DNA of 64,000 nt from Macrostomum lignano (taxonomy: Eukaryota). The stretch lies in contig NIVC01000420.1 of NCBI GenBank assembly GCA_002269645.1, positions 248,001 to 312,000 of the forward strand. The letters are read 5' to 3'. The notes under the pieces were generated by a model. It made no database searches and was not told the origin of the DNA. It saw only the letters and a program-made list of their open reading frames with translations. Position numbers and translations under genes: made by a program. Below are positions 63,150 through 64,000 of the stretch, one piece after another (within the stretch, counting starts at the first letter, position 1; each line of letters opens with the position of its first letter).

Positions 63150-64000
63150 TTTGTACACCTATCTGAGAGTCTGTACACCTATCTGAGAGTCTGTACACCT
63201 ATCTGAGAGTCTGTACACCTATCTGAGAGTCTGTACACCTATCTGAGAGTCTGTACACCTATCTGAGTGTCTGTTTACCTATCTGAGTGTCTGTTTACCT
63301 ATCTGAGTTTCTGTACACCTATCTGAGTTTCTGTACACCTATCTGAGTTTCTGTACACCTATCTGAGTGTCTGTACACCTATCTGAGTTTCTGTTTACCT
63401 ATCTGAGTGTCTGTACACTTATCTGAGTTTCTGTACACCTATCTGAATTTCTGTACACCTATCTGAGTGTCTGTTTACCTATTTGAGTGTCTGTAAACCT
63501 ATCTGAGTGTCTGTACACCTATCTGAGTTTCTGTACACCTATCTGAGTTTCTGTACACCTATCTGAGTTTCTGTACACCTATCTGAGTTTCTGTACACCT
63601 ATCTGAGTTTCTGTACACCTATCTGAGTTTCTCTACACCTATCTGAGTGTCTGTTTGCCTATCTGAGTGTCTGTTTACCTATCTGAGAGTCTGTACACCT
63701 ATCTGAGTGTCTGTTTGCCTATCTGAGTGTCTGTAAACCTATCTGAGAGTCTGTACACCTATCTGAGAGTCTGTACACCTATCTGAGAGTCTGTACACCT
63801 ATCTGAGAGTCTGTACTGTACACCTATCTGAGTGTCTGTTTACCTATCTGAGTGTCTGTTTACCTATCTGAGTGTCTGTACACCTATCTGAGTTTCTGTA
63901 CACCTATCTGAGTTTCTGTACACCTATCTGAGTGTCTGTACACCTATCTGAGTTTCTGTTTACCTATCTGAGTGTCTGTACACTTATCTGAGTTTCTGTA
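63150..64000. repeat. 20-bp minisatellite GTACACCTATCTGAG(A/T)(G/T)TCT, running off the window
   Basis: More than 40 copies. Confidence 0.96.

Overview
Eukaryotic (invertebrate animal) genomic DNA with GT-AG introns, an interstitial (TTAGGG)n tract and roughly one third tandem repeats; the style is compatible with a free-living flatworm, but that is an unverified impression. Traceable genes: (1) an intronless class A GPCR with non-canonical signature motifs (1381-2910, +); (2) a 7-exon GnRH/AKH/corazonin-type neuropeptide receptor (16011-20053, +); (3) a 2-exon acidic CS/p23-domain gene with one in-frame TGA in a C-P-S-TGA context (23371-22226, -); (4) an orphan 165-codon ORF (25070-24573, -); (5) the 3' part of a giant ankyrin gene on the - strand (pre-ZU5 linker, ZU5-ZU5-UPA, a cassette of symmetric micro-exons, an ~11.4 kb giant exon with ~120 His/Glu-rich repeats, probable terminal exons down to ~39694), whose ankyrin repeats must lie beyond the right edge. 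Also present: a decayed, CpG-depleted BEL/Pao gag, a LINE C-terminal fragment, tRNA-like elements, possible MITEs and a 9.2 kb 17-bp minisatellite with higher-order structure. Most long ORFs in the supplied track are repeat artefacts. Strongest second-look items: the giant ankyrin architecture, the in-frame UGA, inverted intronic repeats bracketing an in-frame skippable exon pair of the neuropeptide receptor, and a CpG-loss plus CAG>TAG mutation signature.
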